A DNA stretch of 64,000 bases from Amoebidium appalachense (lineage: Eukaryota; Protista; Ichthyosporea), in NCBI GenBank assembly GCA_963693365.1, contig CAVNZM010000001.1, positions 12,798,161 to 12,862,160 of the forward strand, read 5' to 3'. Below the pieces are notes generated by a model. That model was not told the DNA's origin, did not search any database, and was given only the letters and a program-made list of their open reading frames with translations. The position numbers and the translations under genes were made by a program. The number at the start of each line of letters is the position of its first letter. Position 1 is the first letter of the stretch. Shown in pieces: positions 49,062 to 60,985 of this stretch.

Positions 49062-50692
49062 TCACTCCCCCCCCCCGGCCCCCTCTCCCACCGACTTTTT
49101 CACACCACGATTAAACTGAGGAATAACTCTCTTTGGCCTAGAGGGAGCACTAGGCAACTCCCTCTGCACTAATCTAGCCTCATAAGCACGAATAGAAAAC
49201 GGGCAATCCAAATGAAACTCAGGCAACCACTGATCTTCCTGATAACCTCCCTCAAAACGAATTAAATAATAATTTACCTTACCTTCCTTACCTTCGATAA
49301 CCTTTTTATTCATAATTTTATCTACTGCAGCCTCCGATGCATCCACCGACCCGTCATAGTCGGGGGTGAATGCATCTAACACTCGACGGCCCTCCGGCCG
49401 TTTAACCCTAAGGGCCCTATCATAATATTCCTTTATATCATCTACATTATAAAATCTAACATCACTCTCATTATCTAACCTCTGCACCTTATATTCCGTC
49501 GGACCTAACCTAGCCACTATTTTATACGGGCCAATGAAAAGAGGCAACCATTTCTTACCATACTTACGAAGACCTTCACCTTCACCCTTACCTTCCTGCT
49601 CCTGCTTATATCTCTTTTTCCTAGTATGATCCCTAATTAAAACTAAAGTACCCTCGGCAAATTCACGTAACGGACGTGTGGACACGTCTGCACGTGTCTG
49701 TGCCTGCTGTGTACGGGCCAGAGCTGCATCACGTGCAGCCCGGGCCCGGGTTAGTAGCTGTTCCCGGAACTCAGTCCAGTGGGGATAAGTTAGTCGGTCA
49801 GCCCCCCCCATTGGCAAAAGTGCCGTATCTAACAAACTAATAGCCTCCTGCCCATAGACCAAATAAAACGGAGAAAAACCAGTCACAGCATGAGGGGTAA
49901 ATTATATGAATGAGCAATAAACCTAGACATATGATCCCAATCATTAGCCTCCACATCCACCATTTTGCCAAAGGACTTCTGAAACACTGCATGCACACGT
50001 TCAGAGATGGCATTTGCTTTAGGGTGATATGCAGACGTAGTGATATGAGCTACCCTTAAAATTTTACACACCTCCGACACCAACTGATTTAAAAACACAC
50101 GACTCCTATCCGTTAACAAAACACGAGGACAACCAAACCTAAGACAAATTTCATCCACAAAAATACGAGCAAACAAAACGGCATTAGCAGTGGGGAGAGG
50201 AAAGACTTCAACCCAACGAGTGGCCACATCGGTGACGGTAACAAGAACAGTGTTACCCTCAACCGTAGAATTAAAAGGACCGACCACATCCACTGCGACC
50301 CTTTCAAACATACGAACATTAAAATCCCTAATAAACGACGGGCGGGAACGAGAGTGGGGACTCTCATTCCTTTCCTGACAATGCATGCATGACAACACAT
50401 AATCCCTCACCTCCCTACTCATACCCGGCCAAAAATACGAACGATTAACACGAAGCAACGTCCTATTTACACCTAAATGACCAGCCATGGGATGCTCATG
50501 CACCATATGCAAAACCTCAGGCACAAGTGCCGTCGGGACCCAAACTCGGTGTCCGTCTGGCCCAGAACAATGATAAACTAAATCCTGCTCTACCTGACAC
50601 ATTTTTGCTAACTTAGCTACCTTAATCATCTGCCTTTTATTTTTAAATTTAATCGAATCAACCGGTCCCTTTAAATAATTCTTAACCAGACC
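49062..50692 (-). pseudogene. Gypsy integrase (HHCC, DDE core, GPY/F, chromodomain), frameshifted near 49885
   Basis: HEHPMAGHLG..YFWPGM..CMHCQ; VAVDVVGP; TDRS; AYHPKANAISER; TGFSPFYLVYG; FIGPYKI; VDKIM..YYLIRFEG..DQWLPE. Confidence 0.9.
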
Positions 50693-51539
50693 TTATTCAG
50701 ACCAGGCTCCGACGGGCAAAACTTAGATCCGTTCTGAATGAGGCTAAGTCACAACTGAGGCCATCAAGGCCGTGCCCTCAAAGATCATCATCACCTGGCC
50801 CCCTACGATGCCACATTCCAAACATTCCGATCTACTTTTATCGTGCGCCTGCACGAGCTAAGTCGATCTACTCAACTAATATATTTATCCATGTCTCACC
50901 CCTCACCCTCCCCCTAGTGGCACCGCAGAGTCTAAATCTACATTTCATACTATCCTCCCCCCCCCTCCCTCCCCCCTTTCCTCTACATCTAAATATATAA
51001 ATACGTTTGGCAACATACACTATCAAACCTTGCCAATACTTACAAAAGGGCTTCTGCCCGAACAATCACATTCCTAAGTCCTCCTACGATCTATCCTACA
51101 CTTTAATTAGAATTCTATTGGTCGGCTGTCCCGGCTGACGTGGTCCAATGCCCTGCGCCGGCAGAGGCAAGATGCACGCAGCTGTACAGCTATCTTGAGG
51201 CCCCGGACTTGATCTTGATGATCTGTGGACCCGGGCCACCCCCCCCCCCCCCCCCCCCCCCCCCCCGATCTCGATCGTAGACTTAGGCTAATCTGCTGAG
51301 ACGGATTAGTATATGTCAACTCCCCCCCCGGCCCCCGGAAACAATGGCACAGAAACCCCCTCCGGTGTGTTTAGAACAAACACCGGGTTGGGACAAGAAA
51401 CACTGAGACCATCCACTTGTGGCTGGGGAACCTCCCCCAACCACAAAACATTCACCCCATTCATACCTTTGGTAGAGTCACCCCACAAACATACATGCCA
51501 TACCACCTCGACGCTGTCTTGAGGACCCACGACGATGCC

Positions 51540-53014
51540 CGGCTCCCACACGTATCGGGGCGGTGAGGGGGCAAAGGGAAGCTTAACCTGGGGTGGGGGA
51601 GGGTGAAGGTTCTCTGCAACCTGGGGGGGACCGATACTGTCCCCCCCCCCTCCCTCAGTGACCCCAGCTTCCCCCTCCCCCGGAACTCAATAGCTCTTGT
51701 AACTACGGCAATATGCAGCAGAGTGCCCTTGCCGGCCACAAAAGTAACATGCACCAAAGAAGGGGCCAGGGGGGACTTCAAAACCTTGGCGCAAAGCATA
51801 ACCGGGAGCCCGGTCATGCTGGGGGGGCCCACCGTGTGCACCACGGCCCCCCCTTCCCCCCTGCCCCCCTCGGCCTCTCTCACCACCATTTCCACCCCTC
51901 CCTCTACCCTGCCCACCACCACGAGCATGATAAGGGGCAAACCTCTCGGTGAACTGCTGCTGTTGTCCTCCACGTCCACCTCGGCCACGACCGCCGTGTC
52001 CACCCCGGTCGCCGCCACGGCCACCACGGAAGCCGAAGCCCCAGGCCGTACGGCCTGGGAGAGCTCGGCAACCTGCTTGACCAACATGGTGGTGCATCTG
52101 GCTGTTCACCCTCTTTTTTCTCTTTTTCCCCCTTCGGTCCACTCTCCTTCTTTTTCTTGTCTACTTCCATCACCTCCTTTTTATCCCTCTTATTGAACTT
52201 CACCTCGTGCATGGCAAGCAAGTGACGTTTTAACATGCAACACCACCTCCTCTACATCATCATGCTCCCCAAACATGCGTGCAGTGTCTGTGTTTACAGA
52301 GAGAGCCTTACGAGCAAACTCGAATTTTTCCCTATCACTCACGTCACCAGCTAACTCACAAAGGTCTTCAAAGACCCGATATTCCCTCTCAAAGAATGCA
52401 CGAGCTTCTACAGGGGACATATCTAAAGTGGGAAAGGTATACTTCCATTCTCTGAGCTGGGCCCGGAAGGTACGGCGCCGGTCGGCCGTCAGGTATCGGC
52501 CGACGAGCCGGGCCGTATACTCGAGCTCGTTTTCCGGCCGTGTGAAGGCCTCGAGCTCCCCGTCCACGTCGTCGGTGCTGTTCTCGTCCTCGTCGTCGGG
52601 GATGAATCGTGCGGCCAGACGTTTCTGGCCGAGGGTCCGGGACACCATCTCGTCCCTCCCCGCGTCGTACTGCTACTCGTATATACGAGCCGTCACCTGG
52701 GGGGCCTGCTCGGCCCGGTACGGGTGCTCCTCCATCAGGGTGCATAAGTCGGCCATTGTTTTGTGGTCGATGCACTGTTTGATCATTAAGCACGAGGCCG
52801 CCACAGTGGGGGCCTTCTTTGTGTCTAACACTAGTGTGGGTGTGTTAGCTAGGAGTGTCCTAAGCCACCTAGGGATTTCCGAGTCGTGTTTGAGTGTAAA
52901 ACTGAAAGCTGTGGTCTGTCTAACGTCTAGTGTATGAACCTGTGGTACCTGTGTGTGCAGGGAGCTATCCTCCGCTGCCAATGCGTAGAACATGTCTACG
53001 TTAAACTTAGCCAT
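51540..53014 (-). pseudogene. Gypsy gag with RGG-rich region and CCHC zinc knuckle; premature stops
   Basis: ATG at 53014 just after the LTR leader. In-frame TAG at 52673-52675 and a break near 52190. GRGRGG repeats and CYFCGRQGHSAAYC. Confidence 0.8.
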
Positions 53015-56000
53015 TGTGTGGTGTTCGGGTGGTTGTGTTTATGTTTTTTTTTTTTTTTTTTTTTTTTTCTGTGTGTTTGAGGTGTAGCAACAGCCCAGAA
53101 GGAACTGTCACCGCGTTACCCTAGCGCGAAAAACCGCACTAAAAGAAAGGTGTAGCTTGTCGTATCCTATTGTGTATGTACTAGAGACGCGGCACTCTAC
53201 TAAGTGTACACACACGAAAAGGAACGAACGTGTACGGAAAAACGGTAAAGTTTATTCAGACCAGGCTCCGACGGGCAAAACTTAGATCCGTACGGAATGA
53301 GGCTAAGTCACAACTGAGGCCATCAAGGCCGTGCCCTCAAAGATCATCATCACCTGGCCCCCTACGATGCCACATTCCAAACATTCCGATCTACTTATCG
53401 TGCGCCTGCACGAGCTAAGTCGATCTACTCAACTATTATCCATGTCTCACCCCTCACCCTCCCCCTAGTGGCACCGCAGAGTCTAAATCTACATTTCATA
53501 CTATCCTCCCCCCCCCTCCCTCCCCCCCTTTCCTCTACATCTAAATATATAAATACGTTTGGCAACATACACTATCAAACCTTGCCAATACTTACAAAAG
53601 GGCTTCTGCCCGAACAATCACATTCCTAAGTTCTCCTACGATCTATCCTACACCCTAATTAGAATTCTATTGGTCGGCTGTCTCGGCTGACGTGGTCCAA
53701 TGCCCTGCGCCGGCAGAGGCAAGATGCACGCAGCTGTACAGCTATCTTGAGGCCCCGGACTTGATCTTGATGATCTGTGGACCCCCCCCCCCCCCCCCCC
53801 CCCCCCCGATCTCGATCGTAGACTTAGGCTAATCTGCTGAGACGGATTAGTATATGTCACTGTTGACAGCTTTGTGGCCGCTGTCAAGCGCCTTCGCGAA
53901 CGGTGCCGTCCCCGTCCTCTCAACCCATGGCATGCCACGTCAGGACCAAGCCCGTGCTCACTCTCCCGCTTTCAAACCCGTCTACGTCACCCTTGCTCGC
54001 GGCCCCATCTCGCAGATCAAGCAAGATTTTCGGGCAATTCGTGTGCGTACCAGCAAAATTCGCAATTATTCCTTCATCGGCGGCCGTGTGCTTGAGCTTC
54101 TTGTTGAGGAGGACTACCAGGCTGACTTGTGCACCAAGCTGCGCAACCTTCTGCACCTCGAAATTCTGGACTCGGCGGCTTTTCAGCCTAATGCGCTTGG
54201 TAACATTCGACAACAGAAATTTATGGACGCCGGCAAAACCGCTGTGGACATGCTTCGCGGGCGGTTGCAGAAACAGATGGCCTTTTTCGAGCGGGCGGAC
54301 GGATCCCCCCGCCATGTGACTGCGTCCCAGGAGGTGGCGGCTTTTTATCGGAGGTGGCGGCTTTTTATCGTGCGTGGTTGGATCGGATTGGCGCACCGCA
54401 GGCAGCTGCCGGAAATTAAATGGCTCAACAATCTCAACCTCTTTCTTTTTTGTTTTGGAATGTTCATGGTTTACAATCCCCGCAATTGCAATACATTTTC
54501 GACTCTGTTCGTGCCTATTCTTTTGTTGTTCTTGCCGAGACATGGTTCTATAATCATCCTCATTTGGAGCAATCCCGTTGATTGGGTCTTCGTCATCGAC
54601 TGGTTTCTCCCGAGGCGGCATCGCGGTTTTAGCCAATCCTAGCATTCGTTCGGATTGCAGGGTCATTGCGGCGCATGAGTATTTCGTCACCATTCAGTTT
54701 CGTGCTTGGACTTTTGTCTTTCGTGTACTTTCCTCCATCGTCTAGTAGGTACTGACACTTTGTCAGCCGTGGTTAACCAAATTCCCGTTTCTCAAGTTTT
54801 TATTGGTGACTTCAATTGTCCAGTGGTTCCGTGTGATAGGGAACATACCCCGTCCCCAGCACAGTTTCGTCCTTTTTCTGACCGTGCTCGTGTCCTCGCC
54901 AACCTTCTTCGAAAGCACCTTGTCTGTCTTCCTCGTGTTTTCGCTAACCACGCGACTGACTGGGGTGCCTCGTTTTGGGACTCCACCCTTCGAGTTATTT
55001 CCCCACCCGATTCCTTACGGCGTAGTTCGGACCATTCCCCTGTAAAATTTTCGGTTTCCTTCCCTGTTCACTTCGGCGGGGCTACTCAGACTAACCGCCG
55101 CCTCTTATCTCGCGGTTTCAAGGTGGCACAAGTTAAACCAGTTACTCGCTGTCAAGGAGTATGAGTCGGTTCATGGCTTCTTTCTTGCCGCATGCGCAGT
55201 GCGCGACGCCCGTGCGCAGCGGAACCCGGCTATTTTGGAGGTTTGTTATAATGAGTTTGTTGAGTTCCTATTTGCCCTTGGCGAGCAGGTGGTGGGCACG
55301 GTTGAGTACCCTTCCGTTCGGCTGAGACAGTCTCACGTTTTGCAGTCCCTACGATAGTTATTGCCTCTACAGGAAGCATTATCGGTCTGGAAATCCGCCG
55401 GTCGGTTTGGGCCTTCCGTGCAAGTCTATGCCCCGTCTCCTTCCATCTCCGTCGCTGAATCCGTCGATGACTATTATGCTTCCCTATTTTCGCTTCCTAA
55501 CGTGTCCACGGTTCCATCACCGCCCGCTGGCCTCTCCCAGCCGCCGAGTTGGGAGCCGGACCGATCGTTCCCGGGCACTTTTCATAGTTATTTCAACTCT
55601 TTGGCTGTTTTTGGTGCTTTACGGGCGTTAAAACCCCGCAAGGCGTGCGGGCCGGATGCTCTTCCTCCCGTGCTTTTCAAGGTTCTTTCTCCCGTGCTTC
55701 CGTCCCGTAATCGTGCAGAGTCCCCCCCCGCCCCCGCCTTTTGCTGTCCTTCTTAGTGAGTTTTTTTCGATTTTTTTCGAACTCGGGTTTATTCCAAATT
55801 CGTGGCTTGGCACAATCGTTACGCCCGTTCGTAAGAAGGTATCGCAGGGGGTCATTAACGACTTTCGTCCCGTCACACTTACCAACGTTTTTCGTCGGCT
55901 CTTCGAGGGTTGCATGCTTCGCGCGTTTAACACCGACGATTCTTTAAACGCCGTGTTCCGTCTTTCTTCCCTTCAAGGGGGCTTTCGTCATGCCTATTCG

Positions 56001-58371
56001 TGTTATACTCACAGTCTGTTACTCCATGAATCCATTACTTCTGGCTCTCCACACGTTGTCTTCATCGACCTTAAGAACGCCTACGACACCGTACCCACTG
56101 GTTTGTTATGGCATAAGCTGGCTATGCGGGGGTTACCAGCCCCCTTTGGCCGTCTTCTGCAAGCGTTGTTCGATACCACTCGCGGACGAGCGGCGGTCAA
56201 TGGAACATTAACACCCGGTTTTTCCCGTTCCCGGGGTCTTCTGCAGGGGTCCCTCCTGAGTCCGTTGTTGTTTGACGTTTTCATTGACGATTTAGCCTGC
56301 GCCCTCGAACCCTTTGGCCAACTGCATACCCGCCGTGTACCGGGTCTCCTTTTTGCGGACGATATTGTTCTTTGTTCCTTAACCGAAGATGTCATGCACC
56401 AGATGCTTCGTCAGGTGGATCAATGGTGCACCGAGAATCTCATTACAGTCGGAATTGCAAAGTGTGCTACTTTTTCGAAGAACACTTCCTTTCGATTGGC
56501 CGGTCTTCCTATTCCTGTTCAGAGCACCTATGACTATTTGGGTATTCCTTTTACTGCACGGGGTATTGATTTTCGCAAGCTCCTCACGGCACGGATCGCT
56601 CGTGCGAAGGGTAAGCTTCACATCGTGTCAAATATGTTTCAACGGGAGTCTGTGATCCATCCTGCGAACCTTCTTCTCTACTATAAAACTTTTTTACCGC
56701 CGACTTTCGAATATGGACTTCCGCTATTGGCCTGCGCCCCATCTCGCGAGGCGGCCATCATGATGGCGCTGAACGAGTTCGACGATTTTCAGGGTACTGC
56801 GCTGCGCACTTTGTTTCGTACTCGGTTTGTGCCTCCCTTAATCAGTATGTTTGGATTGTCGTCTGCTGTTTGTCGTATGGAGGAATTGTCTCTTCGTTTT
56901 TGTTTTCATTTAGTTAGGCTACCTGATGGTCACCCTCTTTATGCTTTCTTTCCCTCCCCTCCCTCCATCCCTCTTCCCCCCCGATTCACCAACGCTACTT
57001 CTGAATGTCCTCAGCCTACCCTCTTTCAACCTGATTCTTCCTCTCGCTATCTCACTCCCTCTTTCTTTTCTCTTCCTGTTTTTTCTGCCTTTTCGCGTTA
57101 TTACCATACGCAGTATAAGTTTCTTTCTCGTTCTGATAGAGAAATCAAAGGTAAAACTCAGTTGGCATGTGTTATGTTCCTTAGGCAACACCGTACTGAT
57201 CATTATCGCTTTTTGGGAGCGGCTTTGGCAGGATACATTTCTCCTGCTGTACGTATGGATACCACCCTAGTAGATAAGTCTGTATGGTGCTCTGATGTTG
57301 ATATTGCCTGGGAAGTTGTGCAGTGGCGCTGTAATTCTTGTTTTCATCGCCGCTGGTGCCACTTTTGTGCTGACCTTTTTAATCGCAAGCATGTTGATAG
57401 GTGTGAGTTTTTATGTCGCGTTTTACCTCTTTCCCTACGGGTGTCTGCTACACTAGCTGGCAATGTGAACACTTTAAACTTTTTGTTGAATTCTGTTGGT
57501 CGTCACATTGAGTATTTATGTGATTTTCACACAGTGTTCAGGTATCTCAGTATGCACTTGTTACTGGATAACTCGCGAAGTTTTTATTGTCTTCTCAGTA
57601 TGCCGTGCATACTTGCATATCTTTCCGTCGAATAAATCCAGTCAAAAGAAAAAAAAAAGTTTTAATTGTCTTCTCAGTATGCCGTGCATACTTGCATATC
57701 TTTCCGTCGAATAAATCCAGTCAAAAGAAAATAATTTCGGCAGTGGCCAGTTTATGTAGGGTCACCAGCGCATGGCAAAAAGTCGGAAAATGCCCCTAAC
57801 CAAAATCCTAATTTCACAGCCTGCTGCAGTGCGAGATTCAAGTACAGGGTCTTTACACACTTTTTATTGCGTGGACACTGCCGGAGGCCCAGCCACATTC
57901 GACGGCCTACTGCGTTTTCCAGCACAGCCAATCAAATGCGGCCAGTGACATATGTACATGCTAGGCAACAATGAGCGCCATCGTAGTATCTGACACCCCT
58001 ATTACATATGATGGGTAAGCAGATGCTAGCATCGGTAGCTCCGAAAGAAAGTTAAGGCACCGGATCACAATATCATACTGTGCAGCATTAATAAGGTGAC
58101 TCGATAGTCATCTTAAAACGGATATATTGAGGAAGAGAGGAAGAAAAGAGAATAAAACCGCCAATAACCTCCGGTTCTAATACATTAGCTAACAGGTTGC
58201 ATTTATTGATAAGGGTGAAATTCAAACCCCGACGAGCCCTGGCCAGTTGGCGCACTGTTGCGTAACCCTGTTTGGCCCAGTAGGCCACGGCTGCAGCTGG
58301 CAGTCATATACGCACTTACCTACGTGGGCCTATAAAAACGAGGTCAGCAAACGTACGTGCGCGCCGCAACC

Positions 58372-58767
58372 ATGGCCCTTGCGCGCACAGTGCTACAGCC
58401 CTCCCTGGGTTTTGCTGCCGGGCGGGGGACCACGACCAAGTTCGCCACACGGGCAGGGGCGGAGGGGACACTTGGAGCAGTGGCGGTGGGCCGGCGGCTG
58501 ACGGTAGCAGCAGGCGAAAGGGCAGGGCAGGCACAGGCACAGAGGTGAGTCACAGGCAAGGGGGTGGAGGGGGCTGGAGGCTGCGGGCGTAGACTGACGG
58601 GGGGGGGGGGGGCAGGGAGCTGAGGCAGCAGCTGCTGGACACGGCCGTAGGGTTGGTGCCTCAGTATGGGTGGACAGTGCTGTGCCTGGGCAAGGTACTG
58701 CACCACACGGATAGAGGCACACACAGACACACACGGCATGCATGTGCTCTCACAAAACACACCGCCC

Positions 58768-58858
<91 letters not shown>

Positions 58859-58958
58859 CCCCCTCCCCCCCCCCCTCCCCTACCCCCCTCCCCAAAATAC
58901 ACATACACGCACACACGCACACGCACATGCACATGCACACAAGTGCACAAACCCACGG

Positions 58959-59034
<76 letters not shown>

Positions 59035-59177
59035 GAGAAAGCGCACGCAAGTATACACACAACACGCGCACCCTCGTGTGCGCGCAACCCCACAACCACA
59101 CGAGCACGTGCACACACAGGCTCACAAACACAAACACAAACACTGATGCGGAAACCAGCAGCTTCACCTTAAGCTGA

Positions 59178-59216
<39 letters not shown>

Positions 59217-60015
59217 AACACATATACGTGTGTCACACGTGCACACCCCTCAGGCTGCTGAGGCTGTGGGGCTCAACCCTATGGCCCACGGTTTGTGCCC
59301 GGACGGCCCCGTGGCTCTGGTGGAGGTGGGTGCCTCCCTCCCCCCCCCCCCCCCCCCCCCCCCACCCGCCTTTCCCCCCTTCCCCCCCCCCCCCCCCCCC
59401 GCTCACGTGCCTGTGCTGACTGTGTTTGCAGCACTTCCTGCAGACCAGCAGACGACAGACGGCACAGCAGCTGGAGGCCATGCCCCTGGACGGGTGTGCG
59501 CACGTGTGCTGTGTGTGTGTGGGTGTGTGTGTGTTTGGGGGGGCGTTGTCTGCTGACGAGTGGTTGCAGGCTGGGTGTGGGCCAGCGGGTGCGCACGGGC
59601 ATAGTCACACGGCTGCAGCACACCATGCCCCTGGCTGCACAGTGGCCCCAGGTCGGGATCCCTTCTTGCTTACCCCCCCCCAACCCCACCCCCCACCCCC
59701 CTTCCCCTCCCTCTACCCTCCCCATCTCCTTTTCTCCTTTTTTTTTTGTGTGTGTGTGGGTGGGTGGGGGGTGTGGAGGGGGAGGTTGCCGGGGTTGTGG
59801 CAAGCATGTGGTGGCGAATGCGTGTGCTGACAGGGTGTGCAGGCGCTTGCAGTGATGGGTAGCAGTGGGCACGGCAGGCTGGTGCTGGCGGGGGAGTTGG
59901 CAGCGCTGGCAGACGAGCTGTGGCACCAGGCCGGAGACACGGCCACAGATGTAAGGGGGGGGGGGGGGGGGGGGGGATTCTCTCTTTTTCTTTTTGGTGT
60001 GTTGTGTGTGTGTGT

Positions 60016-60064
<49 letters not shown>

Positions 60065-60468
60065 CTGGCTCGGGGGGGGGGGGGGGAGGAGGGGGGCTGT
60101 TGCTCAGGGGGGAGGGGGAGGGGAAGGGGAGGGGGGCTGATTTTTTGGGGGAGGGGACAAAGAGCGAGTATGGAGGGCCTGATTTGGGAGGGAGGGGATG
60201 GGGGGGATGGAGGGGCGGTTAGGGGAGGGCGAGGGGAGGAGAGAGTTGACAGAGCTGGGAGTGGGCTGATCGGGGGCGGTTGGGGGGGAGGAGGGGGGGG
60301 GGGGGGGGGGGTAGAGAAGATGTTGGGGAGGGGTAGTTTAGAGGATGGCACCTAGATCGAGATTGTTGAGGGTGCTGACTGTGGGGCTGCAGTTTGGCTG
60401 GTACACAAAGCGGGTGGCCCTGATGGGTGTCTACAGCAGCACAGGTGCGTGCCTGCCTGCCTGCCTGT

Positions 60469-60507
<39 letters not shown>

Positions 60508-60731
60508 CTTGCCTGCCTGCCTGCCTGCCTGGGTGGGTGGTGTGGTTGGGGGCCTGACGGTGGGGTGCAGAGCTATTTCTAGCGCAGGACCAGTCTGCAG
60601 GGTTCGAAGCCACACTGCAGTTCCTGGACCGCAGGCTGGCTGACGTGGCCGGCCTGGGCAGTCTGCGCTCACAGGTGCGCACGGGCATGGAGAGGGGGGT
60701 AGGCTGGCCATGTGGGGTGTGGGCTGGGGGG

Positions 60732-60773
<42 letters not shown>

Positions 60774-60860
60774 CTGGCACTGACGTTGGCTGCAGGTCGA
60801 GCAGACGGCAGGCACTTTGGTCGGGGTGGCCGGCAGCCTGGCTTATACGGTAGGGGTGTG

Positions 60861-60904
<44 letters not shown>

Positions 60905-60985
60905 TGTGTTTGGGGGGGAGGGGGGGAGGGGGCTTTTATACTGACACCCTCCCAGACCAGGGCGCTTGCTGGGTGGCAGCGATAG
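58372..60985 (+). CDS. COQ9: Ubiquinone biosynthesis protein COQ9, mitochondrial
   Basis: Arg/Ala-rich presequence-like first exon. Exons give LLDTAVGLVPQYGWT, GPVALVEHF, RLQHTMP..WPQALA, LADELWHQAGDTATDFGWYTKR..VYSSTELFLAQDQSAGFEATLQFLDRRL. TATAAAA at 58331. The last-exon acceptor is ambiguous. Confidence 0.9.

Larger units (their letters stand above)
48069..53859 (-). mobile_element. Ty3/gypsy chromovirus-derived element with three LTR copies, gag and integrase but no PR/RT/RH
   Basis: LTRs at 53859-53158, 51318-50693 (3' truncated) and 48790-48069, with TG...CA termini. 5-bp TSD CTGTT at 48064-48068 and 53860-53864; the empty site GAGGCTGTTGACAGC is visible in LINE B copy 1 near 45540. 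Confidence 0.93.
47396..57731 (+). mobile_element. APE-type LINE, family B, copy 2: near full length (ORF1, APE, RT, C-terminal Cys/His finger), interrupted by a gypsy element
   Basis: ORF1 from 47494, resuming at 53860. ORF2 ATG at 54420. The RT is in the open segment 55656-57635 (DFRPVTL, QGGFR, FIDLKNAYD, GLLQGSLLSPLLF, LLFADD, YLGI; WRCNSC..CHFC..RKH). Frameshifts include a 20-bp duplication at 54330-54369. Tandemly duplicated 3' tail at 57586-57731. Confidence 0.9.
46473..57823. mobile_element. hAT-like DNA transposon ends (17-bp perfect TIR) enclosing LINE B copy 2 and a gypsy element
   Basis: CAGGCTGTGAAATTAGG at 46473-46489 and its reverse complement at 57807-57823. Subterminal AAAATGCCCCT motif at both ends. 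No matching 8-bp TSD and no transposase recognised. Confidence 0.62.

Noticed and set aside
52667-52678. In-frame TAG in gag as programmed readthrough
   Set aside because: The context TAG CAG TAC does not match CARYYA, and the element has other disabling lesions; a point mutation is more likely.
39733-57731. The two opposed LINE B copies as giant TIRs of a Polinton/virus-like element
   Set aside because: The arms are ordinary LINE ORF1/ORF2 sequence with independent mutations and insertions; no pPolB, capsid or ATPase lies between them.
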